From assembly GCA_048938105.1 (NCBI GenBank), contig JBHLMN010000024.1, positions 22,413 to 86,412 on the forward strand: DNA of 64,000 nt. The letters are read 5' to 3'. How positions within the stretch are numbered: the first letter of the stretch is position 1; each line of letters begins with the position of its first letter. Of the stretch, positions 52,604-62,740 are shown piece by piece. The translations under genes were made by a program, and so were the position numbers. Below the pieces are notes generated by a model, which was given only the letters and a program-made list of their open reading frames with translations, had not been told where the DNA came from and made no database searches. The DNA comes from Promethearchaeota archaeon (GTDB lineage Archaea > Asgardarchaeota > Heimdallarchaeia > Hodarchaeales > Hodarchaeaceae).

Positions 52604-53469
52604 ATTTGATCCTTCAAGGAAAAATCCTTACTCCAATAATAACTAAACGAACATCATTTCGGTTTAAAGAATTCCACTTTAAGATAACTAAGCCTCGTAG
52701 ACGTTACTATAATAAAATAATCTCATTAAAATCCATGTACCCTTATAGTTTGATCTGTTATTTAGGAGAGATCGAAGTACATTGTTTTTGCAAGACAAAA
52801 AGCTTATTAAGAAGAAAATTGAACAATTTACTCAATATTAAATTTATAGGCCGATTTTGGAGTGAAGGATTAGGTTAAATTCGCTGGTTAAAAGGATATA
52901 TTGCCCATTCTGCTAAGAAGAAAACCAAGCCAACAAGAAAAATCAAAATTCGTAAAGGATTACCAGATCAAATATCAAAGAAAGTTGAAAAATTAGTTCA
53001 GTACGCTCTGCTTCACGATTTTTACAATACGAGCAGACATAAGTCAAAAATTTATGGAGAACCAGAAATAAATAATGCAAAACTGATAGAAATTTTAAGA
53101 CAACATCATGAAAAAACTGATAATCCTTTAATTCAGACATTTCAACATTATGATAGATTAGGGGCTAGAATAACGCGTAAATTTTACTCTCCTCGTACAA
53201 ATAGATATAATTGGTACGCAACTAAGACAATTGACTTTACAAAACTCGTAGACGAGATTGCAGAAGTAGCTGATCATCCGTGGAAGCTTTATGAATACAT
53301 TTATCAAAGTCAAGAATTGTCGCACCTAACTGAGTCATTACAGCATGGACATACATCTTTACGAAGACATCTGCTGATAGTGACAAATTTAATAGTGCAT
53401 GACTACCTAAGTAATAGGTTATGTTTTTGCACACCAAACGATTCAGGATACCGTTGCCAACATGTGTGA
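52600..53469 (+). pseudogene. Cas5-like RAMP fused to Cas10-type HD nuclease; one in-frame TAA at 52876-52878
   Basis: ILTP strand, G-loop IGRFWSEGLG*IRW, then in frame ALLHDF, RH, QHHE, YDRL, TSLRRHLL. Confidence 0.7.
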
Positions 53470-53564
53470 AAGTAGAAGGACTAGATATGCTGGTGTTAAA
53501 GGGTTCTGGTCGTACTTCCAATTGAATAAATTGGAGAAATCCTTAAGACGCCCGACCAAGGATT

Positions 53565-53595
53565 GGGTATGACTATTTAAACCGAAATAAGACCC
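53565..53595 (+). promoter_or_regulatory. Kink-turn in the rpl7ae leader (probable L7Ae autoregulatory site)
   Basis: GGG-UAU-GA-CUAUUU-[AAACCG]-AAAUAA-GA-CCC: 3-nt bulge, tandem sheared G.A pairs; abuts SD GGAGG 53597-53601. Confidence 0.7.
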
Positions 53596-53611
53596 TGGAG
53601 GTCGTAAAATT

Positions 53612-53989
53612 ATGAGTAAACCGTTTTATGTGAATTATGAACAGCCCGAGGGGCTAGATAGCGATGCTTTAGCGTTACTAGAAAATGTTAGCAGTGATCC
53701 TGCAAATATTCGCAAGGGAACGAATGAAACCACAAAAAGTATTGAACGTGGGGAAGCGAAACTAGTGTTTATTGCGCTAGATGTGGATCCACCAGAAATA
53801 GTTGCACATCTCCCTCTTCTTTGTAAAGATAAAAAAATCCCCTACCTCTATATTATTAGTAAAGAAGAGCTCGGAAAAGCCTGTAATCTTGGGGTGAAAA
53901 CAGCTAGCTGCTCGATAATAAACGAAGGCGAAGTCAAAGCCAAAATCGACAATCTAGCTGTTCGAATAAAAGAACTAGCAGGAATATAA
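53612..53989 (+). CDS. rpl7ae: 50S ribosomal protein L7Ae
   Basis: RKGTNETTKSIERG, DVDPPEIVAHLP. Confidence 0.97.
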   Translation: MSKPFYVNYEQPEGLDSDALALLENVSSDPANIRKGTNETTKSIERGEAKLVFIALDVDPPEIVAHLPLLCKDKKIPYLYIISKEELGKACNLGVKTASCSIINEGEVKAKIDNLAVRIKELAGI

Positions 53990-54001
53990 GGAGTTGTCTA
54001 A

Positions 54002-54217
54002 ATGAGTGAGGAAGAAATTTCTACTCCTGCTGAAGTCCTGCAGATTATTGGACGTACTGGTGTAACTGGTGAGATTACTCAAGTTCGTGTGCGTGTACTT
54101 GAGGGAAGAGATCGTGGACGGATTATTGTCCGTAATGTGAAAGGACCAATCAGAAAAGGTGACACCCTCTTATTAAGGGAAACAGAACGTGAAGCGCGAA
54201 ACCTGAAGCGTCCCTAA
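54002..54217 (+). CDS. rps28e: 30S ribosomal protein S28e
   Basis: [21 protein letters not shown]. Confidence 0.97.
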   Translation: MSEEEISTPAEVLQIIGRTGVTGEITQVRVRVLEGRDRGRIIVRNVKGPIRKGDTLLLRETEREARNLKRP

Positions 54218-54240
54218 GCGAGCTAAGGATGTAATAATTA

Positions 54241-54441
54241 ATGGTAAGAATTTTCCCATGTGCTTTTTGTGGACACGATGTTGAACCTGGAACAGGTATC
54301 TCTTTCGTACGTAAAAATGGCCAAGTAGTAAGATTTTGTAGTCGTAAATGTCGTCGGTCGCTGATTGACTTTAAACGTGATCCTCGAAAATTCAAATGGA
54401 CTAAAAAGTACACTCCGAAGATGAAAACAACACAAGAATAA
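54241..54441 (+). CDS. rpl24e: 50S ribosomal protein L24e
   Basis: CAFCG..EPGTG, FCSRKC, PRKFKWT. Confidence 0.96.
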   Translation: MVRIFPCAFCGHDVEPGTGISFVRKNGQVVRFCSRKCRRSLIDFKRDPRKFKWTKKYTPKMKTTQE

Positions 54442-54451
54442 CTAACAAGGG

Positions 54452-55237
54452 CTAGGATTCGTCCTGCTCAGGAGAGTTATCTTCTTCTTCCTTCTTTTCT
54501 TCCCCTTCTTCTAGAGTGGCAGTTCCTTCATCTGTGGGGGTAGCTTCTTGGTAATCAAACAGATCAATGAATTTTACGACCTTAAAATTTAGAAAATCCC
54601 GAAGCTCTGTTGCAAGAGTATATTTTGCTATCGCTAGGCCTTCCATGAAGATAAGATAATTGGGTAAAGAAATAGATATGGCATCAGGATCTTCTGACAC
54701 TTCAATGGTAATTTCATCCATGTTGATTCCTGGAAAACGGCGTGAAATAATTTCTTTTCGTATATGCTCTTCCTCTTCTAGGTGTTCTACCACAGTGATA
54801 TCGAATACCAGATCTTTTCCTGCGAGAGGATGATTAAAGTCAATACGTGATCGTCCACCACCTACCCAAATTATGGTTCCACTTCTACCTGCCAATTGTA
54901 CTCGATTTCCCACCCTTGGGTCAAGATTAGCTTTACGAAGTCGTTTTGTGGGAACCATTTCAATTTTTTTGCTGTCTCTTTCACCATACGCATCTAAAGC
55001 CGTAATTTCAAATGTTTGAGGAGAATTTAGATCAAGTCCTACAAGGTTTCGGGCTAATCCTGGGATTAAGAACTTTTCATCCCCAGCACGACACAACAAG
55101 GGTTTATATGCCCGTTTTTCATCAAATATACGCTCAGAGCGAGCAACATCTTCTAATGTTGTGTCAAAAACTTTAGAATTTTCTTTTAATCGCCCAGTAA
55201 AGTCAATTTTAATCCAATCGTTTAATTTAACAGACAT
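54452..55237 (-). CDS. Long-type archaeal FKBP peptidyl-prolyl isomerase
   Basis: VFDTT, AYGERD, IDFNHPLAGK, C-terminal extension. Confidence 0.92.
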   Translation of the reverse strand: MSVKLNDWIKIDFTGRLKENSKVFDTTLEDVARSERIFDEKRAYKPLLCRAGDEKFLIPGLARNLVGLDLNSPQTFEITALDAYGERDSKKIEMVPTKRLRKANLDPRVGNRVQLAGRSGTIIWVGGGRSRIDFNHPLAGKDLVFDITVVEHLEEEEHIRKEIISRRFPGINMDEITIEVSEDPDAISISLPNYLIFMEGLAIAKYTLATELRDFLNFKVVKFIDLFDYQEATPTDEGTATLEEGEEKKEEEDNSPEQDES

Positions 55238-55258
55238 TTTGTTTCCTCAAGATAAAAA

Positions 55259-55726
55259 TTATTCCTCGTGACTACTATTTCGATCAACTACAATTAATTT
55301 CAAGTGATATCCCTGTTTACAATCAACAGCTTCATCTAAGATATCGACCACTCTAAATTTTTCACCTTCTTCAAGATAACTTGGTCGACAATGGTGATAG
55401 TAATGGGGACATTCAATTAAATCGCAATCACGATTGTTAAAGGTAACAGTTGCTCCCTCCACGGTAAGTTTTGCTCCTGTTGTGACTATATAGGACGGTT
55501 CGAATATTTCAACCGTCTGAACACCCTGCGCGAAAACGTCACAAGGATGAATTGTGTCTTTTACGCTTGCAACCTCATATATTCGGTTTTTTTCAAGTTT
55601 TAAACATACACCACGAAGGCGGCATTCAGAGCACTCTTCTGTTTCGCCAATGAAAATAAACTTATTTCCTGGTTTTGACTGCTTTACACCTAAAAGCGTG
55701 ATTTTTAAGGGTTTATCTGCAGTCAA
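55259..55726 (-). CDS. UPF0179 family protein
   Basis: ITLLG, CSECRL..VC, HPC.V, additional Cys clusters. Confidence 0.8.
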   Translation of the reverse strand: MTADKPLKITLLGVKQSKPGNKFIFIGETEECSECRLRGVCLKLEKNRIYEVASVKDTIHPCDVFAQGVQTVEIFEPSYIVTTGAKLTVEGATVTFNNRDCDLIECPHYYHHCRPSYLEEGEKFRVVDILDEAVDCKQGYHLKLIVVDRNSSHEE

Positions 55727-55858
55727 GAGGTTTCTTACTCCATATAGATCGATGTATTTTAAGATAAGAGGTCAATTGATAGAATTTAATATTTGAACTT
55801 AATTTTTTCCTTCTTTTCACCTGACAACTGAATTCTCTAATAAATAACATTAGTGCTT

Positions 55859-56413
55859 TTATTCTTCAATATATTCAAGTTCTTTCCTTCTTAATTCTTC
55901 CATGTTACTGCATCTTGCATAATCTTGGAGTAGATTAGAATTCAAACTTAGAAACTGATTTCCCCATTTAAAAATTGACATTAATTCCTTTGCTGTTTTT
56001 TCTTCTCTTAATACAAAAAATGCAGCTGCAAGAGCCTCAACACTAGAAAGCTTTGCCGATTTCCCATAGTTGGTCGGATTTGCTGCAATTAAAAGCGGGA
56101 GTCTTCTCAGATTCGGAAATTTTTTTGCAAAAATCTCTTCTGCGCGGTTCCAGGAGCAATCTAGAATAGTTAATCCAGATTGAACAAAAATCTTGTGATC
56201 CTTATAGGACAAGATCTCCTCTGCCTGAGGATTTAGAATCAGTGAAAAGCGAGGAATCTGGGGGATGCGCTTAACAAACCTCATATTATTAATGGAGGGT
56301 AGTCGACTTTGCCTGAATTTCCGCCAAGTTTTTAATCCTGTACATTTCTTTGGATCACATTGATCTGCATGAAAAATAGTAATTACAGATCGAGAATCCG
56401 AGTTATTTCTCAT
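55859..56413 (-). CDS. tsr3: rRNA aminocarboxypropyltransferase Tsr3
   Basis: QCDPKKCTG, LDCSW, LPLLIAANPTNYG, LSSVEA, FKWG. Confidence 0.95.
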   Translation of the reverse strand: MRNNSDSRSVITIFHADQCDPKKCTGLKTWRKFRQSRLPSINNMRFVKRIPQIPRFSLILNPQAEEILSYKDHKIFVQSGLTILDCSWNRAEEIFAKKFPNLRRLPLLIAANPTNYGKSAKLSSVEALAAAFFVLREEKTAKELMSIFKWGNQFLSLNSNLLQDYARCSNMEELRRKELEYIEE

Positions 56414-58253
56414 AATAATATTCGCCTTGATTTTTTTGGAGCCGATCGAGCTTGGAATCTAGTTTATTCACTCGTGGACGCCCACTCTTAGGATCCCGGC
56501 GAAAAGTAATTTTGATATTGCCAAGAAAGCGATTCATTCCTGTTCTAACGGAAGATGGTGAATAGGCTTTCCCATAAACGCCTGGCTGTCCAAGGAATAC
56601 TATTATTCGATCACTTGCGTAATCTTGAAAAACGATATCATGCTCAACAATGAAACTAGCCACCTTCCGACTTTTAATAAGCCGACGGATAACCTTAGCT
56701 ACTGTGAGTCGATCTTCAATGGATAAAAATGCTGAGGGTTCGTCAAATAGGTATATATCAGCATCTTTAGCTAGAGTGCTTACAATCGCAACTTTTTGTA
56801 GTTCTCCACCACTTAAGTACTTAAGTGGTTGGTCAAAAAGCTCAGATAATTGAAAAGGGCGGATTATTTCACTTTTAAACTGAGAGGTGGCAACAATTGC
56901 GCCGCTTGTTTCTAAAAGGAATGTTTCAACTGTCTGATCGCCATTCAATGAAATGTATTGTGGTTTATATGCTACTCGGAGGTTATCAGTTGTATTGTCG
57001 TTATCGGGGTTTTGTTCGTTAGCAAGAAGAACTCGGTCTACTGATCCTGAAGAAGGTGTTTCTAGGCCTGCTAACATCTTTATAAAAGTTGTTTTGCCAA
57101 TTCCATTAGGGCCTAAAATTCCAATTATTTCATTCTGGTGAATAGTCCCTTTACGAACATCTAATGAGAAATTACTTTTTTCAAAAACCTTAGACAAATC
57201 TTGATATGATAGAATATTATCTGAAATGATATTTTTCTCACGTACCGAAGATTTTTGAATGAAAATCGAGTAATCACGGAATCGCATGTTTTCAGAAGGG
57301 ATAAAGCCATCAAGAAAGACGTTTATTCCCTCTTTTTCAGAATATGGTTGGGATATAATACCATAAGACGATGGGCTGCCATAAAAGGTAGTTACATAAT
57401 CAGAAAGATAATCTAAGACAGCTAAATCATGTTCAACAACAACCACCGTCTTTTTGTGATCAATCAAACCTCGAATTGCTCTTCCAACACGAAGACGTTC
57501 ATTAATATCAAGAAATGATGACGGTTCATCAAATAGATAGATATCAACATCACGAGCCATTGCGACAGCAATCGCCAATTTCTGGAGCTCTCCGCCTGAT
57601 AGGATATTGACATCACGATCCCAGATTTCATGGAGAGCTAGCTCTTCTTGAAGTTCATCCAAGATGTTTCTTTCATCAAAACGCATCAAAGTATCTTTAA
57701 CAGTTCCCTTAACATGCTTTGCAATACTATCGATATATTGTGGCTTACGAACACATTTAATATTGCTATCAACCATTTTTTGGAAATAATTTTGCAGTTC
57801 AGTCCCTTTATAATACTCATGAACACGCTCCCAACTGGATTTCTCATCATGAATCCCAAAATTTGGTATGGTATCACCAGCTAAAATCTTCAAGGCTGTT
57901 GATTTACCTACTCCATTCTGCCCAACTAAACCATTTACTTTATCTGACTTTATAATAGGTAATCGAAAAAGTGTAAAGCCGTTTCTCCCGAATCTGTGAG
58001 TTAAATCTTTATCTAATCTTTCAGGTGTATTAATAATCGAGAGTGCACGAAATCGGCATGTTTTGGCACAGATACCACAACCAGTGCAAAATTGTTCATG
58101 AATAATTGGTTGAGAATCAGGGGTTTCAAACTCAAACATTTCAGTTCCTGAACGAACAACTGGACAGGATCCACGACATTCCTTTACACATCTTTTGGGT
58201 TTGCACTTATCAGCATCTAAGACAACAATTCGCATTTTATAAGGTTTCTCCAC
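56403..58253 (-). CDS. rli1: Ribosome recycling ATPase ABCE1/Rli1
   Basis: N-terminal FeS Cys motifs; two ABC domains (GQNGVGKS, GPNGIGKT, LSGGELQ); ITFRRD..GRPRVNK. Confidence 0.97.
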   Translation of the reverse strand: MEKPYKMRIVVLDADKCKPKRCVKECRGSCPVVRSGTEMFEFETPDSQPIIHEQFCTGCGICAKTCRFRALSIINTPERLDKDLTHRFGRNGFTLFRLPIIKSDKVNGLVGQNGVGKSTALKILAGDTIPNFGIHDEKSSWERVHEYYKGTELQNYFQKMVDSNIKCVRKPQYIDSIAKHVKGTVKDTLMRFDERNILDELQEELALHEIWDRDVNILSGGELQKLAIAVAMARDVDIYLFDEPSSFLDINERLRVGRAIRGLIDHKKTVVVVEHDLAVLDYLSDYVTTFYGSPSSYGIISQPYSEKEGINVFLDGFIPSENMRFRDYSIFIQKSSVREKNIISDNILSYQDLSKVFEKSNFSLDVRKGTIHQNEIIGILGPNGIGKTTFIKMLAGLETPSSGSVDRVLLANEQNPDNDNTTDNLRVAYKPQYISLNGDQTVETFLLETSGAIVATSQFKSEIIRPFQLSELFDQPLKYLSGGELQKVAIVSTLAKDADIYLFDEPSAFLSIEDRLTVAKVIRRLIKSRKVASFIVEHDIVFQDYASDRIIVFLGQPGVYGKAYSPSSVRTGMNRFLGNIKITFRRDPKSGRPRVNKLDSKLDRLQKNQGEYYYEK

Positions 58254-58576
58254 ACAGAATTATTTCATATGTCTTAATCACAATAAGATAGATAAATTAT
58301 GAATTGTGTTTCGATTATCACATCGTATTTTTGACTTAAATTTGTTAATAAATTACTCACATTTCCATTTATCACTCATTTTTTGCTTCAATCGAGTTTA
58401 AAATTTAGAACTTATCTTTTTCATCAATGAAAAAGTTCATCAAGATCTTGTGTTGTTCTTTTTTCTAATTCTTTACCTCTTTCCCGAACAATGTATTGAT
58501 ATCCCTCTTTATTTATTTAATCTGGGGATCTCCGAAGCCTTTCATCTATTTATTGCTAGTTAACAAGCCTTCATCA

Positions 58577-59821
58577 TTAATCACTAAACTTTATCTTTGA
58601 AAGAACTTCAATGGCTGTGATAGTATAAACCACTATGCAGTTGTAAATATCTACAATCTTAACATACTCGTTTGGACCGTGAGAAACTGATAATAAACCT
58701 GGCCCATAAGCAAATGCAGGGATGTCTTTCTTTATATAAAAGCGTGTCTCTAAAAGACCAGGACACATTTCTAATTCTGGCTCTTTTCCTGTGATAGCTC
58801 TAATACTATTTACTAAGGCTTGAGCTAGTGGATCATCTTCAGATATGCCAGAAGAGTCCCCATCTTGGAGGATCTCAAAGTCAAGATCAATTCCATCCTT
58901 CTTTGATTTATTAAGTAATCCGAGGATCTTTCGTTTTTCCACTTCAAGATCCTCCTCTGGATTAATTCGACGATCTACTGTGAATGAAACTTCTTCTGGA
59001 ACCTGATTGAAATTAGTGCCACCTTCACAATGTCCTCCTAGCATTAAAATTGAATATTTGGCTGGACTAGGATGGATATTGTACTTGGTAGTCTTCAATT
59101 CAACCTCCCTCTTCAGATTAAAGAGCCTGTTTGCTACCAAAAGCATGTTTTCAAAGGCATTAATACCTTGGTACTGTAAAGCTACATGAGCAGGCTTTCC
59201 TTTTATAATAATTCGTAAAGAAATCGCCCCCCGATTCGCGTTCCATACTACTCCACTCGTTGGTTCAGGTAAAAGCATACCTATAGCGTCTTTACCAAGT
59301 ATACCGTTATCAGATAGATATTTTGAACCTAATATCCCACCAGTTTCTTCATCTGGAACTATAACCAGTCCAATTCGGCCATTAAGAGGAATATTTAATT
59401 CTTTTATTATCTTGAGAGCATAAATCATAACTACTAGACCACTCTTCATATCTGAACTCCCACGCCCGAAAAGCTTTCCATCTTTAACATATGGGTGGAA
59501 TTGTAGATCATTTGAAGAAGGAACGACATCATAATGACCGTGAAAATAGAGGATTTTTTTCCCAGTACCATAAAAACTAAGAATACAATATCGTGGGAAG
59601 CCCGTGGTTTCAGAGCTTGGATTATTATTTGGGATTTCAATTATTTCATACTCAAGACCGATGTCAGATAATTTCTTTGCAATTACTTCCACACACGTTT
59701 TGTAAAATGCACCCGGGGGATTCTCAGTAGCAATGGCTATTAGATCCTGTGTAAATCCTAAAATCTCAGCCTTATATTCCGCGACCGCGTCTAGAACATA
59801 TTCTTTAATGGTTTCTTTCAT
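58577..59821 (-). CDS. M20 family metallopeptidase/deacylase (ArgE/DapE-like)
   Basis: GHYDVVP, GRGSSDMKSG, DEETGG, EPT, HGPNE. Confidence 0.92.
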   Translation of the reverse strand: MKETIKEYVLDAVAEYKAEILGFTQDLIAIATENPPGAFYKTCVEVIAKKLSDIGLEYEIIEIPNNNPSSETTGFPRYCILSFYGTGKKILYFHGHYDVVPSSNDLQFHPYVKDGKLFGRGSSDMKSGLVVMIYALKIIKELNIPLNGRIGLVIVPDEETGGILGSKYLSDNGILGKDAIGMLLPEPTSGVVWNANRGAISLRIIIKGKPAHVALQYQGINAFENMLLVANRLFNLKREVELKTTKYNIHPSPAKYSILMLGGHCEGGTNFNQVPEEVSFTVDRRINPEEDLEVEKRKILGLLNKSKKDGIDLDFEILQDGDSSGISEDDPLAQALVNSIRAITGKEPELEMCPGLLETRFYIKKDIPAFAYGPGLLSVSHGPNEYVKIVDIYNCIVVYTITAIEVLSKIKFSD

Positions 59822-60090
59822 TAGACCTCAAATGTACAAATAGAAGGGAGCTTATGAAATTATCCTAAGTTTGAATCTTTTTGAAGGAAAAAATGTACAT
59901 CAGGTTACCTAATTCAGTTGAAAGCAAGGAATAGAAAAAAAAGAGGTAAAAGCTGGTATTTCTTATCCCATAATAGTGGGGATTACCTAAACCAAGTATT
60001 TTATCAAGAGTATAGCTCACATGAAATTGAGACGAAGACGGAAAGATAGTAAAAACATGTTAACTTATATTCTCTCCTATATCGATTCTA

Positions 60091-60885
60091 TTGGTTAAGA
60101 AGTCTTTAATGAGGCCGAAAAAATTGAAACCAACAGTAGAATTAATGTATAATCGGTTAGCTGAATTCATATTAAATGAAATTGAACTTACTGAAAACAT
60201 GACGATCCTAGAAGGAGGATGTGGCAGAGGCCAGTTGACAATCCCTCTGATTAATTTAATAGAAAAAAAGATTCATAATTATCAATATTTTGCTGTGGAT
60301 CTTTCAAGTGGGCCTTATGAACATGCATTAGATTCATTGAGAGAAAAGATAGCTATAAAAGAATGGGATACAAGAATTGAAGTACTTGAAGGTGATGTAA
60401 CCGCAATTAATGGTGTAACTGATGAGTTCTTTTCACTCATACTATCTAATGAACTATTTTGTGATCTGGGGAGAATGGGGTTAAACAAAGCTCTGTCAGA
60501 GTTCTATAGAATATTAAAATCCAATGGTCAAATGTGCCACAGCGAACTCATTCCATTCCCAGCAAATTATCCGCAAGAGTTGTTCATCAAAGCTGATTCG
60601 TATTCTATAGAAACAGTAACATCAGAGTATGAGTGGTTTTCACCTTGCGCTGATGAAGTGATTGCATTAATGTATAAAACAGGTTTTAGAGAGTTTAAAG
60701 TAAAATATTTTGAAACAAATATCAAATTAGCTTTTAATGACGCCTTGGAAGAGCTAAAAGGCTGGCATATCGATGAAGGCTTTATCCACACCTATGAAAA
60801 CGAGTTGAAGGAACATGGAATAGAATATCCTCTTTCGCATGTCATCTATTGTAGAAAACCCAGAGTAAAGTCTAATAATATGTGA
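60091..60885 (+). CDS. Class I SAM-dependent methyltransferase
   Basis: ILEGGCGRG, AVDLS, GDV, RILKSNG. Confidence 0.85.
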   Translation: MVKKSLMRPKKLKPTVELMYNRLAEFILNEIELTENMTILEGGCGRGQLTIPLINLIEKKIHNYQYFAVDLSSGPYEHALDSLREKIAIKEWDTRIEVLEGDVTAINGVTDEFFSLILSNELFCDLGRMGLNKALSEFYRILKSNGQMCHSELIPFPANYPQELFIKADSYSIETVTSEYEWFSPCADEVIALMYKTGFREFKVKYFETNIKLAFNDALEELKGWHIDEGFIHTYENELKEHGIEYPLSHVIYCRKPRVKSNNM

Positions 60886-61073
60886 TTCTAATATAGAAAA
60901 GGTAAATCAAATTTGTAAAGATCAAATAAGATCACAGATTCATTATTACAATGTAAAAACGGTTTAAATCTCTAAGTTTTTCTAACTGTGAAAGATCAAA
61001 AGATTAAATGATATGTTCCCACACTTTCTCCTACATTAAGTGAAATCTTTTATAGATAGAATTTCCCTAATAA

Positions 61074-62054
61074 ATGGGAGTTGTAATGAATAAATACCTT
61101 AAATGCATAGGTATTGCATTATTGGGCCTTATTCTGGGGAGTTCTATACAACCTGTCTGTAATTGTTCATATATGCTCCCTGATAGGTATTTATCACGAT
61201 TAAAATTAACGGAAGATCCCAACATAATTTCTGCAGTGATTTATAATATTTCTAAGTGGCCAAGTGTCAAGTTATCAGATATAACTATTGATCTTGAGGC
61301 CCTTTCCATTTCTGCTCCTCTTCATCCTCCGAATGTTATTGGTCTAGGATTAAATAAAACTCAACAAGGACAGAGTAGTCGGTTTATATATGACTCTAAT
61401 AAGACACAATGGATTTTAACATCCCAAAATAATACCATTCTAATAAATGTTTCACTAAATATTAGGAATGAAACAGAGAAAAGATGGTTTGTTAATCCTA
61501 TTTTAAACCACGGATATTTAGTACTGGAGGATTCAAATGTGGGAAATTTTCTTAGTAATGCAACTGTTTTCGCTGTAGAATTCGAAACAAACCTCGTAAC
61601 AAGGTCAACAACAATGTGGGATTTTCTTGGAGACAGTGTGATAGTTTATGCAGATGAAGGACTAGTAGCTTCAAACGCAGGCTGTTGTTATTGTGTAAAT
61701 CATTACTATTACCGCTTCACTTCAGACTATAAATTGGAGTTCTTAGCTACAACTTACCTTTGGACATCAAAGGTAATTGATACGAGAACTCATCGGCTGA
61801 TAATGGTTCATTCAACAACCAATACCCTTGAAATCATTTATTATGATTCACATGACCCCATTTTCAAAGTAAAGAAGAGATTTTCTTTGGAGGAGATAGA
61901 TGCTTCGCTCCTGGATCAAACAACATCAAATTCAACTTCTACCTCACTAACAAGTCCAACAGTAACAACAACCCCACTACCAATATTTCCTGTTTTTTTA
62001 TCTTTAGTATTGATAAACCTCAATGTATTATATCAAAAGAGACCAAGAAAATGA
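61074..62054 (+). CDS. Secreted/surface protein with signal peptide, Ser/Thr linker and C-terminal TM anchor
   Basis: Hydrophobic N-terminus; TTSNSTSTSLTSPTVTTTP, then hydrophobic helix and basic KRPRK end. Confidence 0.7.
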   Translation: MGVVMNKYLKCIGIALLGLILGSSIQPVCNCSYMLPDRYLSRLKLTEDPNIISAVIYNISKWPSVKLSDITIDLEALSISAPLHPPNVIGLGLNKTQQGQSSRFIYDSNKTQWILTSQNNTILINVSLNIRNETEKRWFVNPILNHGYLVLEDSNVGNFLSNATVFAVEFETNLVTRSTTMWDFLGDSVIVYADEGLVASNAGCCYCVNHYYYRFTSDYKLEFLATTYLWTSKVIDTRTHRLIMVHSTTNTLEIIYYDSHDPIFKVKKRFSLEEIDASLLDQTTSNSTSTSLTSPTVTTTPLPIFPVFLSLVLINLNVLYQKRPRK

Positions 62055-62196
62055 TTTATATTGAAATTCATGAACCAAGGTCACAATACATTAAAAAATC
62101 ATTTATTTGTAAACACTAATTCATACAGAATTAAAGGAAAAAACAAATGAAGCCCAATAAAGCCTAACTAATTCTTTTAAAAAGCGATGAAAAAGA

Positions 62197-62691
62197 ATGG
62201 CTATTGAAATAATAAAGATTAAACTGACTTCTAAGAGGAGAATCATTGGCACAGGCTTGGTTCTTTACTTTAGTTCATTGTTTACTACATTAGTTATTCT
62301 AACTTTAGTTGTGACAGGGTGGAATAATATTTTCAGTTCTTCTATCCTTAGTTATCTCCCTTTCAATTTGATGTTTATTATCATACTTGTCATCCTAGCT
62401 CTCCCTGCCATACCAAGCTCCTATTTCTCCAGTTATTGGGGTAAAGACCAATCCGATGGCATATTCGTGGTAGTAGTCGCTGGACTAATCATAATTTTAC
62501 TATTTTTTCTTTGGTGGGGTTTAAACCTCCTCGTTTATCCACAATTTTGGGAAGGTTACTATCGAATGGTGGCGTTCTTAAGTGTCCCCATCTTCCTACT
62601 TTTCTTTTTCTTTCCTATTGGACTTTTTTCTACGTTTTTTGCAGCATTATTTGGTTGGTTAGGTTCTAAAGGATTAAGGCCAAAGGATTAA
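62197..62691 (+). CDS. Hypothetical four-TM membrane protein
   Basis: Hydrophobic composition. Confidence 0.65.
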   Translation: MAIEIIKIKLTSKRRIIGTGLVLYFSSLFTTLVILTLVVTGWNNIFSSSILSYLPFNLMFIIILVILALPAIPSSYFSSYWGKDQSDGIFVVVVAGLIIILLFFLWWGLNLLVYPQFWEGYYRMVAFLSVPIFLLFFFFPIGLFSTFFAALFGWLGSKGLRPKD

Positions 62692-62740
62692 AGGACCAAT
62701 GATTACTCATGAAAGTGTAGACGAATCCAAGTTACGGATT

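Noticed and set aside
50360-53610. CRISPR array or cas1/cas2/cas6 near the RAMP genes
   Set aside because: No direct repeats with spacers and no such ORFs were found by eye.
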